Shown: positions 48,212-56,062 of the stretch, piece by piece
Layout of the letters: each line of letters opens with the position of its first letter
Numbering within the stretch: the first letter of the stretch is position 1
From: a virus
IMG/VR virus record: IMGVR_UViG_3300036768_001501
Coordinates: 27,514-91,513 of that record
Direction: 5' to 3' (one strand)
DNA length: 64,000 nucleotides
Position numbers and translations under genes: made by a program
The notes under the pieces: model-generated
What the model was told of the DNA's origin: nothing
The model's input: only the letters and a program-made list of their open reading frames with translations
Databases searched by the model: none

Positions 48212-48615
48212 CGCCTTGGCTTTGGTGCCAGAGCCAGCCAAGCGGCGTACGACAAATTGCGCAATTTTGCCGTACGCATGCGCGATAGCGGCGGTATTGT
48301 TACGCGCGATGTACTCGTCGCGGCAACCTGTATGACGTCGGGGGCAGGACCGACTTGCCCCCTCGCGCTACCGTGTACATAACAACATGCTTAGCTGCGG
48401 GTTACACCAGAACCACGCGCGATGTATTCGTCGCGGCAACCTGCGTTCCGTCACCGAGGCGTACTCGCGAAGACTCGGCTCAACTCCGCCACGGCACTTC
48501 GCTTCGCGAAGTGCGCTCCGCTACGTTGGGGCCTCGTCTTCGCTCCGTGCGCTCGCTTCGCGCAGCTAAGCATGCGCGCCCCGGTACGCGGCTAACTGCC
48601 CCGTACCGGGGCAAA
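48212..48615 (+). ncRNA. Structured retron-like ncRNA (msr/msd-like, internally duplicated)
   Basis: Perfect 14-bp inverted repeat 48386-48399 / 48561-48574 encloses two small hairpins and a ~100-nt interrupted hairpin (48455-48555). A 29-bp direct repeat sits at 48302-48330 / 48415-48443. Extra hairpins at 48246-48277, 48341-48361 and 48578-48612. Directly upstream of the RT genes. Confidence 0.75.
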
Positions 48616-48659
48616 ATCTTATATAACGCAACACAACAGAAAGGAGGAACAGTACATAT

Positions 48660-49697
48660 ATGCGAACAATCAATTTTGGGTACTGGAAAGAGGAAAATGG
48701 CCAGCGCGTGTTCGTTACCACAAGCGAGCATGCGCTTGAAGTGCAACATCAAGTAGCAGAGCGGCTGGCACTGATTGCGTACCTGCTACAGCGCTGCGGG
48801 TGCGGAATCGTAAGCGCCGTTAACTTACCAGAGCTTGGCGTGTCGGCGTACCAGATAGCATCAGAAATTGCCGTACGCGCCTGGCGCCTAAGCAAGAAGG
48901 TGGACAAACAAGACATAGTGGTTGCGCACTACAAGATGCATAACATGTACGACCAGCTCGATCTTGCAAGTGTGTACGCTACGTTAGAATTTACGGCTAA
49001 CTATTGCACGTTTGGCATAGGTATCACGAAAGATTCGCACGTTGTCGCGAAGCCGTTCAGCGACCGCAAACGCATGGAGCCATTGTGCCAGTACGTGGAC
49101 ATGCTGTACGGGATATTACGAAGGATGAATGCCAATGATCGTTGGCATGGCATTGCCTCTCAGGGCAATGAGGCTCAGTACATCATGCCGTACGATCCAC
49201 TGCGCGAGCGTTTTGTCGTTGCCGCTGGACTGCCTACGTCTCCGTACATAGCTGGCTTGTATTTTGCGTACAAAGCTTACAGCAACTTAGCGCAGTTCGC
49301 GAACGACGCTATCAATAAATCTGGAATCTTATACAATGCCGTGCACGTGCCTGGCGTGTCTGTACCAAGGAGACTTGGGTACGCGCAACGCGCATGGACG
49401 TGCGGTGACTATGGCAAAACGTACTGGAGCGAAATTTCGCAGATGCATTTCTTTCACTACGGCCAAGAGGCTGTACTGATTCATACGCGCGATAGCTGCT
49501 ACCTGCCGTTCTTCAAAGACAGTACGCTCAACTATAGGGTTAACGGGTACTTATACGGTGATTCGTTCTCGTTCTACGGAAACGAAATCACCGTAGGCAA
49601 TCCAGAAGTACGTGGCGACAATTCGCCTGTGCCAGCGTCTGCACACGTGGAGAAAGCAAAAACAGTGCTACGTACATTTGCAGTGATGGGAGATTAA
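48660..49697 (+). CDS. Catalytically inactive reverse-transcriptase paralogue (pseudo-RT)
   Basis: Colinear with the next ORF: RVFVTTSEHA/RIFVTTSEYA, YKMHNMYDQL/IDIKDCFNSL, AAGLPTSPYIA/GQGPCTSPHFA, FFHYGQEAVLI/YSRYADDILIT, RVNGY/NVCGF, KAKTVLRT/KAARVLKT. Strong SD AAGGAGG; intact ORF. Confidence 0.8.
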   Translation: MRTINFGYWKEENGQRVFVTTSEHALEVQHQVAERLALIAYLLQRCGCGIVSAVNLPELGVSAYQIASEIAVRAWRLSKKVDKQDIVVAHYKMHNMYDQLDLASVYATLEFTANYCTFGIGITKDSHVVAKPFSDRKRMEPLCQYVDMLYGILRRMNANDRWHGIASQGNEAQYIMPYDPLRERFVVAAGLPTSPYIAGLYFAYKAYSNLAQFANDAINKSGILYNAVHVPGVSVPRRLGYAQRAWTCGDYGKTYWSEISQMHFFHYGQEAVLIHTRDSCYLPFFKDSTLNYRVNGYLYGDSFSFYGNEITVGNPEVRGDNSPVPASAHVEKAKTVLRTFAVMGD

Positions 49698-49698
49698 T

Positions 49699-50796
49699 AT
49701 GCAGGATGTTGGGCACTGGACAACGATTCCCGTCGGTCGCAAGCAGCGCCGCATCTTTGTTACGACATCGGAGTACGCGCGCAAGATACAGCGCGATTTA
49801 GCATGGCGCTTGGCCGCATGGTCGTACTTCTTCAGGCACTGTTCGTGTGGCTTGTTCCGGCCTATCACCGCATATGCGCCAAAAAGCAGCGTACACGATC
49901 ACGTGCGCTTGCATATGGAATGCGCAGCGCGATGGCTCGATGCAGTCACGTACAAGATAGACATAAAGGATTGCTTCAATTCCCTGATGCCTATTGCTTT
50001 CAGGTCGTACGTGCGAGCTGTATACAGAACATTGCTCGGGTACGACTACGGACTTTCTATAAGCCAGGCAAGCGTAGTCGCACTTGGAAGTAGAAGCCTG
50101 TACGGCGGCGACAAGCTGCGTGATGCAATCTGGAGCACAATCATGAACAAGCACCATAGATTCTGGCTCAATTTCGAGTCCATCGTGAACAAGTACGGCG
50201 AGATCGAGAACAGAAAGGTTCAGGCGCTCTTCCCGTACTGCGATGACAAGCGCTTACATGTTGTTGGACAAGGCCCATGTACATCTCCGCACTTTGCTAA
50301 TATAATGCTGCTATCACTCGATTGTACCCTCATGCACAAGATACTTGACCACAAATATTCTGCCGAAGGATCCGTACATGAGATTGGGCTGTTCGGGCAA
50401 TGCGCCCACAAAAAGGCACAATTGCCTTTTGCGTACTCGCGGTACGCAGACGACATTTTAATCACCACGAGTATTGCAACGGACAAGGTGCTTGAAGCTA
50501 TCGAGTTTGCGCTTGCGCTTCACGGCCTGAAAGCCAAGTACGTCGAGCAGTACAAGCAGACAGACCGCATTAACGTCTGCGGGTTTACGTGGACGGTTGG
50601 CGAAGAAGACATCCGCCCGACGCGGCGCGTACGTAGGAGGCTACGCGCGTTGCGTCATATTCATAAAAAGTACAATGACACGAAAGGAGGGCAATTGCAA
50701 TGCTTTGAGCAATGGGCAGATGTGTACAGCGAGTCAAGGCTAGGCAGCTCGAAAGCTGCTCGGGTGCTAAAGACAATTATTGCAGCAAATGCGTAA
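49699..50796 (+). CDS. Retron-type reverse transcriptase
   Basis: Motif A KIDIKDCFNS, motif B QGPCTSPHFAN, motif C YSRYADD. Region-X-like AYAPKSSVHDHVRLH and region-Y-like VCG (cf. VTG). 365 aa with no maturase or nuclease domain. Confidence 0.9.
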   Translation: MQDVGHWTTIPVGRKQRRIFVTTSEYARKIQRDLAWRLAAWSYFFRHCSCGLFRPITAYAPKSSVHDHVRLHMECAARWLDAVTYKIDIKDCFNSLMPIAFRSYVRAVYRTLLGYDYGLSISQASVVALGSRSLYGGDKLRDAIWSTIMNKHHRFWLNFESIVNKYGEIENRKVQALFPYCDDKRLHVVGQGPCTSPHFANIMLLSLDCTLMHKILDHKYSAEGSVHEIGLFGQCAHKKAQLPFAYSRYADDILITTSIATDKVLEAIEFALALHGLKAKYVEQYKQTDRINVCGFTWTVGEEDIRPTRRVRRRLRALRHIHKKYNDTKGGQLQCFEQWADVYSESRLGSSKAARVLKTIIAANA

Positions 50797-50815
50797 GATG
50801 GAGGATACGTACGCT

Positions 50816-51949
50816 ATGCATGACCCAATGAAGGTTCTTCTTGAAGAAGCACGCAGCGGCGCGCGCGTACTGCTCGCTGGCCCACCGGCTACGGGCAAAA
50901 CTGCGCGCATTCGCGCGATTGCGAAAGAACTCGGGTACGAGTTCATTTGTACGCCGCTCCATTTGCAGGAGCGCGTTGACTTAAGCGGCGCAATTGTACC
51001 TGCTGGCGATGTTGCACGACAATTGCCGCTAGAGCTGATTGCGCGCTTGCGCAACGCCAAAAAGCCGGTACTCTGGCTGATCGACGACCTAGGAAAAGCG
51101 CCGATCGATATACAAGGCGCCCTCAAGTCGCTGATCACGCGCGCCGGCGAAGGCATGTCGCTGCCTGAACCCGTACTCGTGTGGGGCGCGACAAACCGAC
51201 CAGAAGATGCGGCTGGCGTACGCGGCCTCGATGAAGCGCTGCGAAGCGAATATGATGCCGCGTACGAAATCCAAGCGCCTATTGCGGTCGTACAAGGCGG
51301 CCAGGTGGTGGACGTTAAAATTCCCGTCCCGACCGAGCGCGGTACCGTGCCACTTGCGCCGTGGGAAGATGAAGTGGAAAACTGGTGCATGTGGGCACTA
51401 GATTATGCACGCCAGCTCGAAACAACCGATCCGCAGCGTGCGTACTGGGCCGCGCAAGTCGTGGCATTCCACCGTGTAACACGCGGCGAATGGTTGTACC
51501 GCTGGCATCACGTGCAGAATCCCGCAGAACGGTTCCCTGATTTCCGCTCGTGGCATGCTGTTATGAAGCTTCCGGAGCCGCTGCAGAAGTACGAGCCGAT
51601 TGCTGCCCGCATTGGCCATCCGGCAACTGCTGCATTCATTTCGGTACGCGAAGACATCACCAGCATGCCAACGCTAGACGAAATTCTCGCATCGCCGCAA
51701 ACAGCGCCTGTTCCAGGCGAAGGAAGTACTGCGGCAATGTACTTGCTCGCAACGCTAATTGCGATTTGGGCATCTCTCGATAACTTGCGTCACTTGATTC
51801 CGTACGTTGAGCGATTGCCGCGACAATTTGCTGCGCTTGCTGCCAAAGGCATCGCGCGCAAGTTTAAGGATAACGTTGACAAGCTTGTTGCGGTCGAACG
51901 ATGGAACAAGTTTGTTGACCGCAACAGCGACCTGTTCGACATCGAGTAG
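50816..51949 (+). CDS. MoxR/dynein-related AAA+ ATPase
   Basis: Walker A GPPATGKT, Walker B WLIDD, sensor GATNR; SD GGAGGA at 50800. Confidence 0.88.
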   Translation: MHDPMKVLLEEARSGARVLLAGPPATGKTARIRAIAKELGYEFICTPLHLQERVDLSGAIVPAGDVARQLPLELIARLRNAKKPVLWLIDDLGKAPIDIQGALKSLITRAGEGMSLPEPVLVWGATNRPEDAAGVRGLDEALRSEYDAAYEIQAPIAVVQGGQVVDVKIPVPTERGTVPLAPWEDEVENWCMWALDYARQLETTDPQRAYWAAQVVAFHRVTRGEWLYRWHHVQNPAERFPDFRSWHAVMKLPEPLQKYEPIAARIGHPATAAFISVREDITSMPTLDEILASPQTAPVPGEGSTAAMYLLATLIAIWASLDNLRHLIPYVERLPRQFAALAAKGIARKFKDNVDKLVAVERWNKFVDRNSDLFDIE

Positions 51950-51977
51950 CGTACAAACCGTTAGGGAGGTTATCTAT

Positions 51978-52727
51978 ATGGCACTAGAAGCAAAAAACTT
52001 CGTACTCGCGCGACCGCACGTTACCGTGTGGAACCCGATGGTCACCGACCACGAGCTAACGCGCGTCATCACGGAAACCACAACGATCCCGAACCAAGAG
52101 CGCGTACGCGCAATGCGCTCGTTGCGACAAATCGATTCGCACAAAAAGCTCATTGCGCTGCGTACGGAAGCCTTCACCAAATTTAACACGCGCACGTGGC
52201 CATGCGAATTCCGTGGGTTCCGCATCGCCAACGTAGTGGTTGTACCAGAATTGCGCGACATCATTGCTGACATACAACCGCGATTCCAAACAGCGCTCGA
52301 TGCGTTCTTGCAGGAGTACGAGGGCGCACGCCGACGTGGCGTCATCTCGCCAATCTGGCCGAGCGCAAACGCAGTACGCGACAAATTCTATTGCGAAGCG
52401 CAATTCTTGCCGATTCCGGCTGATAGGGAATGGCAAACGTGGTTCATGAACATGCGCGCAATGCATCTGGAGTACTTCCGGCAGCGCATTCTAGAGGCGC
52501 TTGATGATGCCGTACGCCGCTTGACGGTCAAAGGCGGCAAGCGCAAGACGGTTGCGCGCGTACTTGCAAGCGCGCTTAAGATGGCGGCGGATATTGAGCT
52601 ACCGCCAGAGCTAAGCAAGCTCGTACAAGAGCTAGATACCGTGGCCGACGCGGCCAAGAGCGCACCAGAACAGCAGCTATCTAAGATTGACATGCTCGCG
52701 GCACGAGTACGTGCAATCGCAGGATAA
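51978..52727 (+). CDS. DUF3150-like protein
   Basis: VTVW...TD, TWP...GFR, F...Y...WPS...VRDKF...LPIP pattern; SD GGAGGT; usual neighbour of phage AAA/vWA genes. Confidence 0.6.
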   Translation: MALEAKNFVLARPHVTVWNPMVTDHELTRVITETTTIPNQERVRAMRSLRQIDSHKKLIALRTEAFTKFNTRTWPCEFRGFRIANVVVVPELRDIIADIQPRFQTALDAFLQEYEGARRRGVISPIWPSANAVRDKFYCEAQFLPIPADREWQTWFMNMRAMHLEYFRQRILEALDDAVRRLTVKGGKRKTVARVLASALKMAADIELPPELSKLVQELDTVADAAKSAPEQQLSKIDMLAARVRAIAG

Positions 52728-52751
52728 CATTCTAACTAGTTAGGGGAAATC

Positions 52752-54476
52752 ATGCGTAAGCCAAACAAGCAAGAGTCGCGCCGCTTAGAGCGCGTTCTCT
52801 TCAAGCTATTATCGCATCCACGTACGGCAGCGATCGTTGGTTCTGTCGCTGGCGAATTACGTACGCGTCCATCCAATAAAGCCGATGGTTCGCGTGCATT
52901 CGAGTACTATGTCGTTGATGTCGGTATGGACAAGTTTATCGCTTCCGCTGACGAGAATTTTCGTATCGTACTCGGCTCGGAGTTCCTCCAGAAGGCTAGC
53001 ATCGAAGAATTGAAGTACGTGCTCGTGCACGAATGCACGCACATTGCAATGGGTCACTTGTGGCGTCTCTGGAAACATGCTCAAATTGATGAGCGCGCCT
53101 TCTTTATCGCAGTTGATTATGAAGTTTACCGGGTACTCAAGCCGCTGCATGACCAAGGTGTGATTCGCGAACCGGACGGAACGTGCGTACCGAAAGCGCT
53201 CGAAACTCCAGATTGGGCCTGGAATTTGTCCGCTGAAGAAATCTGGCGACGCTTACGCAAGCAAGCGCAAACGCCAAGCCCGCTGCAAGTACTTGCGCAT
53301 TCGAGCGGCCAAAGCAGAGACGAAAAGCAAGGCTTTGGCGATCACGAGAATGAAGATTCTGAAGTACCCGTAGACGAAGCGGGCGAGTACGGGCAACACG
53401 ATTGCGATAGCGAGGGCAATGTTTCTAAGGGTGACCCGCGTCGCAATCGTACCAGTACGCCAGGCGGCAGGACGCCAAGCGAACAAGCCAAGAGCGGCAA
53501 AGGCAATAACAACAATGAATGCGACGACGTTGCAAGTACGCCAGGTGGAAAAGACCCACAAAAGCAATCAAACCAAGCCGCAGATGGGTACGGAGATGAT
53601 GGCAACGGCGAAGAAGACGGCGACAATCAAAGTGGCGGCGCGTCCGAAGACTTGCTTGACGAGCTTGCGAAAATTGCACGCAGGCTTGGCCTGCAGCCGT
53701 GTACGTCACAGCAGAGCGCTGAAAATATGCGCCAGTTTGTTGAAGGCGCATTACAGCGCCATGCAATCTTAATCAAGATCGCAGAAGATAAGTCAGGCCA
53801 AGCGCAAGGGCCAAACGGCGGCAACGTACAAGATTTCTTGCAGCTCAATGTACGTGCGCCGGTTCATAACTGGCAAGATGAGCTGCGCGAATTCGTACAG
53901 ACGAACATTATTCGCCGCCCAGACTGGATGCGCCCAGCTAAGCAAACATGGGCAACGGGCGTGTACACGCCACGGCGTCAACGCTACGTACCAGGCACGC
54001 TTGTGATTTGCCGTGATACTTCCGGTTCTATGCAAGTGAAAGAGTTCGATCATATTGCAAGCGAGCTGAAAGATATTTTCGATATAGCTGCATGCGAAAA
54101 CATACAGCTATTGGCAATCGACGGCGACACGCGCGTTACGCAGACATTTATTATCGATAGCGCAAGCGTACTTGAGCAATGGCTGCGTGCACCAAAAGGA
54201 CGTGGCGGCACTGAATACGACCAGTTCATGGAGTACGTAAAGCAATTGCGTAACGGCGACGTTGAAGAATCCGCCATGCTGGAGGGCGATATATGCGGTA
54301 TGATTCTTTGTACCGACTTGGAAGTGTCACAACGCACAATCGATGCGCTTGAACCGCCGGAAGACATTCCGCTGATCTTCATGTACGTCGGTCACCGGAA
54401 AGAAATTCCAGTGGACGTTACGGCAAAAGGCAAGCTCATTAATGTTACTGCAGCGGTACGCGCTAAGAATGCTTAG
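52752..54476 (+). CDS. DUF2201-type metallopeptidase (HExxH) + vWA domain protein
   Basis: LVHECTH, an acidic/Gly-rich linker, MIDAS DTSGS, GRGGT and CTD. Confidence 0.88.
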   Translation: MRKPNKQESRRLERVLFKLLSHPRTAAIVGSVAGELRTRPSNKADGSRAFEYYVVDVGMDKFIASADENFRIVLGSEFLQKASIEELKYVLVHECTHIAMGHLWRLWKHAQIDERAFFIAVDYEVYRVLKPLHDQGVIREPDGTCVPKALETPDWAWNLSAEEIWRRLRKQAQTPSPLQVLAHSSGQSRDEKQGFGDHENEDSEVPVDEAGEYGQHDCDSEGNVSKGDPRRNRTSTPGGRTPSEQAKSGKGNNNNECDDVASTPGGKDPQKQSNQAADGYGDDGNGEEDGDNQSGGASEDLLDELAKIARRLGLQPCTSQQSAENMRQFVEGALQRHAILIKIAEDKSGQAQGPNGGNVQDFLQLNVRAPVHNWQDELREFVQTNIIRRPDWMRPAKQTWATGVYTPRRQRYVPGTLVICRDTSGSMQVKEFDHIASELKDIFDIAACENIQLLAIDGDTRVTQTFIIDSASVLEQWLRAPKGRGGTEYDQFMEYVKQLRNGDVEESAMLEGDICGMILCTDLEVSQRTIDALEPPEDIPLIFMYVGHRKEIPVDVTAKGKLINVTAAVRAKNA

Positions 54477-54478
54477 CG

Positions 54479-54654
54479 CAGTATACATATAAGCCCACGT
54501 ACAGCCGAAACGACAGAACAGTATACATATATTGCGCAGATACGCGTACGGGTACAGGCGCTCCGCGCCTAAAAGTACCCAGGGAGGGCTGGAAATGACG
54601 CGGTGCGTTAATGTCGGTCTTTTCGAGTTTTGACAAAATTCGCGCTGCTACCTT
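54479..54654 (+). promoter_or_regulatory. Regulatory region: two CAGTATACATATA boxes (40 bp apart), the shared 16-mer and a putative extended -10
   Basis: Boxes at 54479-54491 and 54519-54531; AATGTCGGTCTTTTCG at 54610-54625; TGcTACCTT at 54646-54654. Confidence 0.6.
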
Positions 54655-54660
54655 TAGAAG

Positions 54661-54808
54661 CGGCCCATCGGGACCAGCCTCGGCGTACACGCCGGTCGTA
54701 CGCCGAGGACCGTAGGTGGCCGGCAACCGCGGTACGCATACCGCGCGTGCGTACTGCGGGAGGTAATGTGCGCGGAACGCGGGGCGAACGCGGTAAGTCG
54801 CGTTCCGC
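54661..54808 (+). ncRNA. Three-hairpin structured leader or small RNA
   Basis: Stems 54678-54688/54698-54708, 54727-54739/54747-54759 (with G-U pairs) and 54772-54781/54799-54808. Confidence 0.55.
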
Positions 54809-54830
54809 TAGTAGCCCCGAAGGAGGTTAT

Positions 54831-55625
54831 ATGGGTACCAAAACGCGACGTGGTCGACGTGGTGGGCGGCGTGTGCAGGCCGCCCGCGCGCTCGCGGCGT
54901 ACATGGCCGCTGAGCGCGGCGTGAAAAAGGTACCGCCGCTCGTGGTACGCATGCGGGCGGCGGCAATGGAGCTCGCGCGAAGTCGCGCGCTGGAAGTACT
55001 CGGCGAAAAGCCGAGCGTAGATCCGCGCCGCGCGTACGACGCAACGTACGTGCGGCAACAGCGCGCGAAGGCCGCGCGCTGGGAGGCCGCGTACAAAGAA
55101 GCGGTCTCCCGCTTCTACCCACGCGCTCTCGTTGAGATCGAGCGCGATTTGAGCGCCAGCGTGTACGAGGCGCTCAATTACGATCGTGCCCTCCCGCGCG
55201 TCTTCGGCGAGATCGCGTGCGGGATTCGCGCGATGGCGTACGGCATCCGCGCCTTCGCTGACGCGATTGGCGCGGCAGTACGTCGCCAGCGCGAGGCGCG
55301 TCGCATTGCGGCTGCGCGCCGCGTACAGCGGCAGCGCGCTACCGAAAACCGCCTGTGGTGGGAAAGCTACAAGCGGCATATTGGCGTACGGGACGAAGAG
55401 CTTGTGGACAAGCTCTTCGAGGCGCTCGAAAAGACGAGCGCCGATGACGCGCATGAGATGCGTACGCAAGCTCGCGCGGCGTACGCTATCGGCCAAGCGC
55501 TGTTCACGTTGGGCAGCGCGCTTGGCATGACGGCCAAGCGTCGCGTGTTCAACGCGAAGGCCGCGCTCGAAGTACTCGATCGTTACGCGCAGCTCCCCGG
55601 CGCGTACGTGATGGGCGACGAGTAA
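54831..55625 (+). CDS. Arg/Ala-rich helical protein with an N-terminal arginine-rich motif
   Basis: SD AGGAGG at 54821; MGTKTRRGRRGGRRVQAAR. Confidence 0.8.
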   Translation: MGTKTRRGRRGGRRVQAARALAAYMAAERGVKKVPPLVVRMRAAAMELARSRALEVLGEKPSVDPRRAYDATYVRQQRAKAARWEAAYKEAVSRFYPRALVEIERDLSASVYEALNYDRALPRVFGEIACGIRAMAYGIRAFADAIGAAVRRQREARRIAAARRVQRQRATENRLWWESYKRHIGVRDEELVDKLFEALEKTSADDAHEMRTQARAAYAIGQALFTLGSALGMTAKRRVFNAKAALEVLDRYAQLPGAYVMGDE

Positions 55626-55665
55626 CGCCCGTCACGTCGCGCTACGTAGTTGCGCGCCATGTCAT

Positions 55666-55698
55666 AAGCCCCACGGCGCCCGCCGTGGGGCTTTTTTT
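55666..55698 (+). terminator. Rho-independent terminator
   Basis: AAGCCCCACGGCG / CGCCGTGGGGCTT followed by T7. Confidence 0.9.
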
Positions 55699-55709
55699 GG
55701 CGTACAGGT

Positions 55710-56051
55710 ATGCGTACAAGGTCGTTCTACTCAGTCGCGCTCGATGAGCGCGAATTGTTCGCCGCGTACGTCGGCGACCGCGTCGCATTCGGCAAGCTAC
55801 AGGCTTGCGATGGCGGCACGGGTCCGAAGTACGCGGCCCGCGTATTCGCCATTCCTGGCGGGCGATTCAAGGCGCGCCCGTTGGACGGCGAAGTACGCAA
55901 GCTCCTGGAAGGGCTGCGTCTCGTGGTAGACCGCCGCGACCAGGAGACGCTACGCGACGGGTGTCGCGTACAGATCACCGGCTATTCGCGTGTCGTGAAT
56001 AGCGTGGTGTTTGTACGTGTACACCACGACGCGGATTGCAAACACGCATAG
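55710..56051 (+). CDS. Hypothetical protein
   Basis: First ORF of a tightly packed small-gene operon. Confidence 0.6.
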   Translation: MRTRSFYSVALDERELFAAYVGDRVAFGKLQACDGGTGPKYAARVFAIPGGRFKARPLDGEVRKLLEGLRLVVDRRDQETLRDGCRVQITGYSRVVNSVVFVRVHHDADCKHA

Positions 56052-56062
56052 GAGGACGCTAT

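Noticed and set aside
48302-48443. Mini CRISPR array (two 29-bp repeats)
   Set aside because: There are only two copies, the 84-bp spacer is itself structured, and no cas operon is present. It is better explained as a duplicated ncRNA hairpin.
48355-48756. ORFs 48355..48756 (+), 48387..48569 (+) and 48480..48752 (-)
   Set aside because: No SD, Arg/Ser-rich shadow composition, and they overlap the structured ncRNA.
49699-50796. Group II intron RT/maturase
   Set aside because: Too short, no domain X or endonuclease, no interrupted host gene, and no recognisable domain V downstream.
54630-54830. N-terminal extension of the 331-aa ORF
   Set aside because: A strong SD and ATG at 54821-54833 define the start; the upstream part is the hairpin leader.
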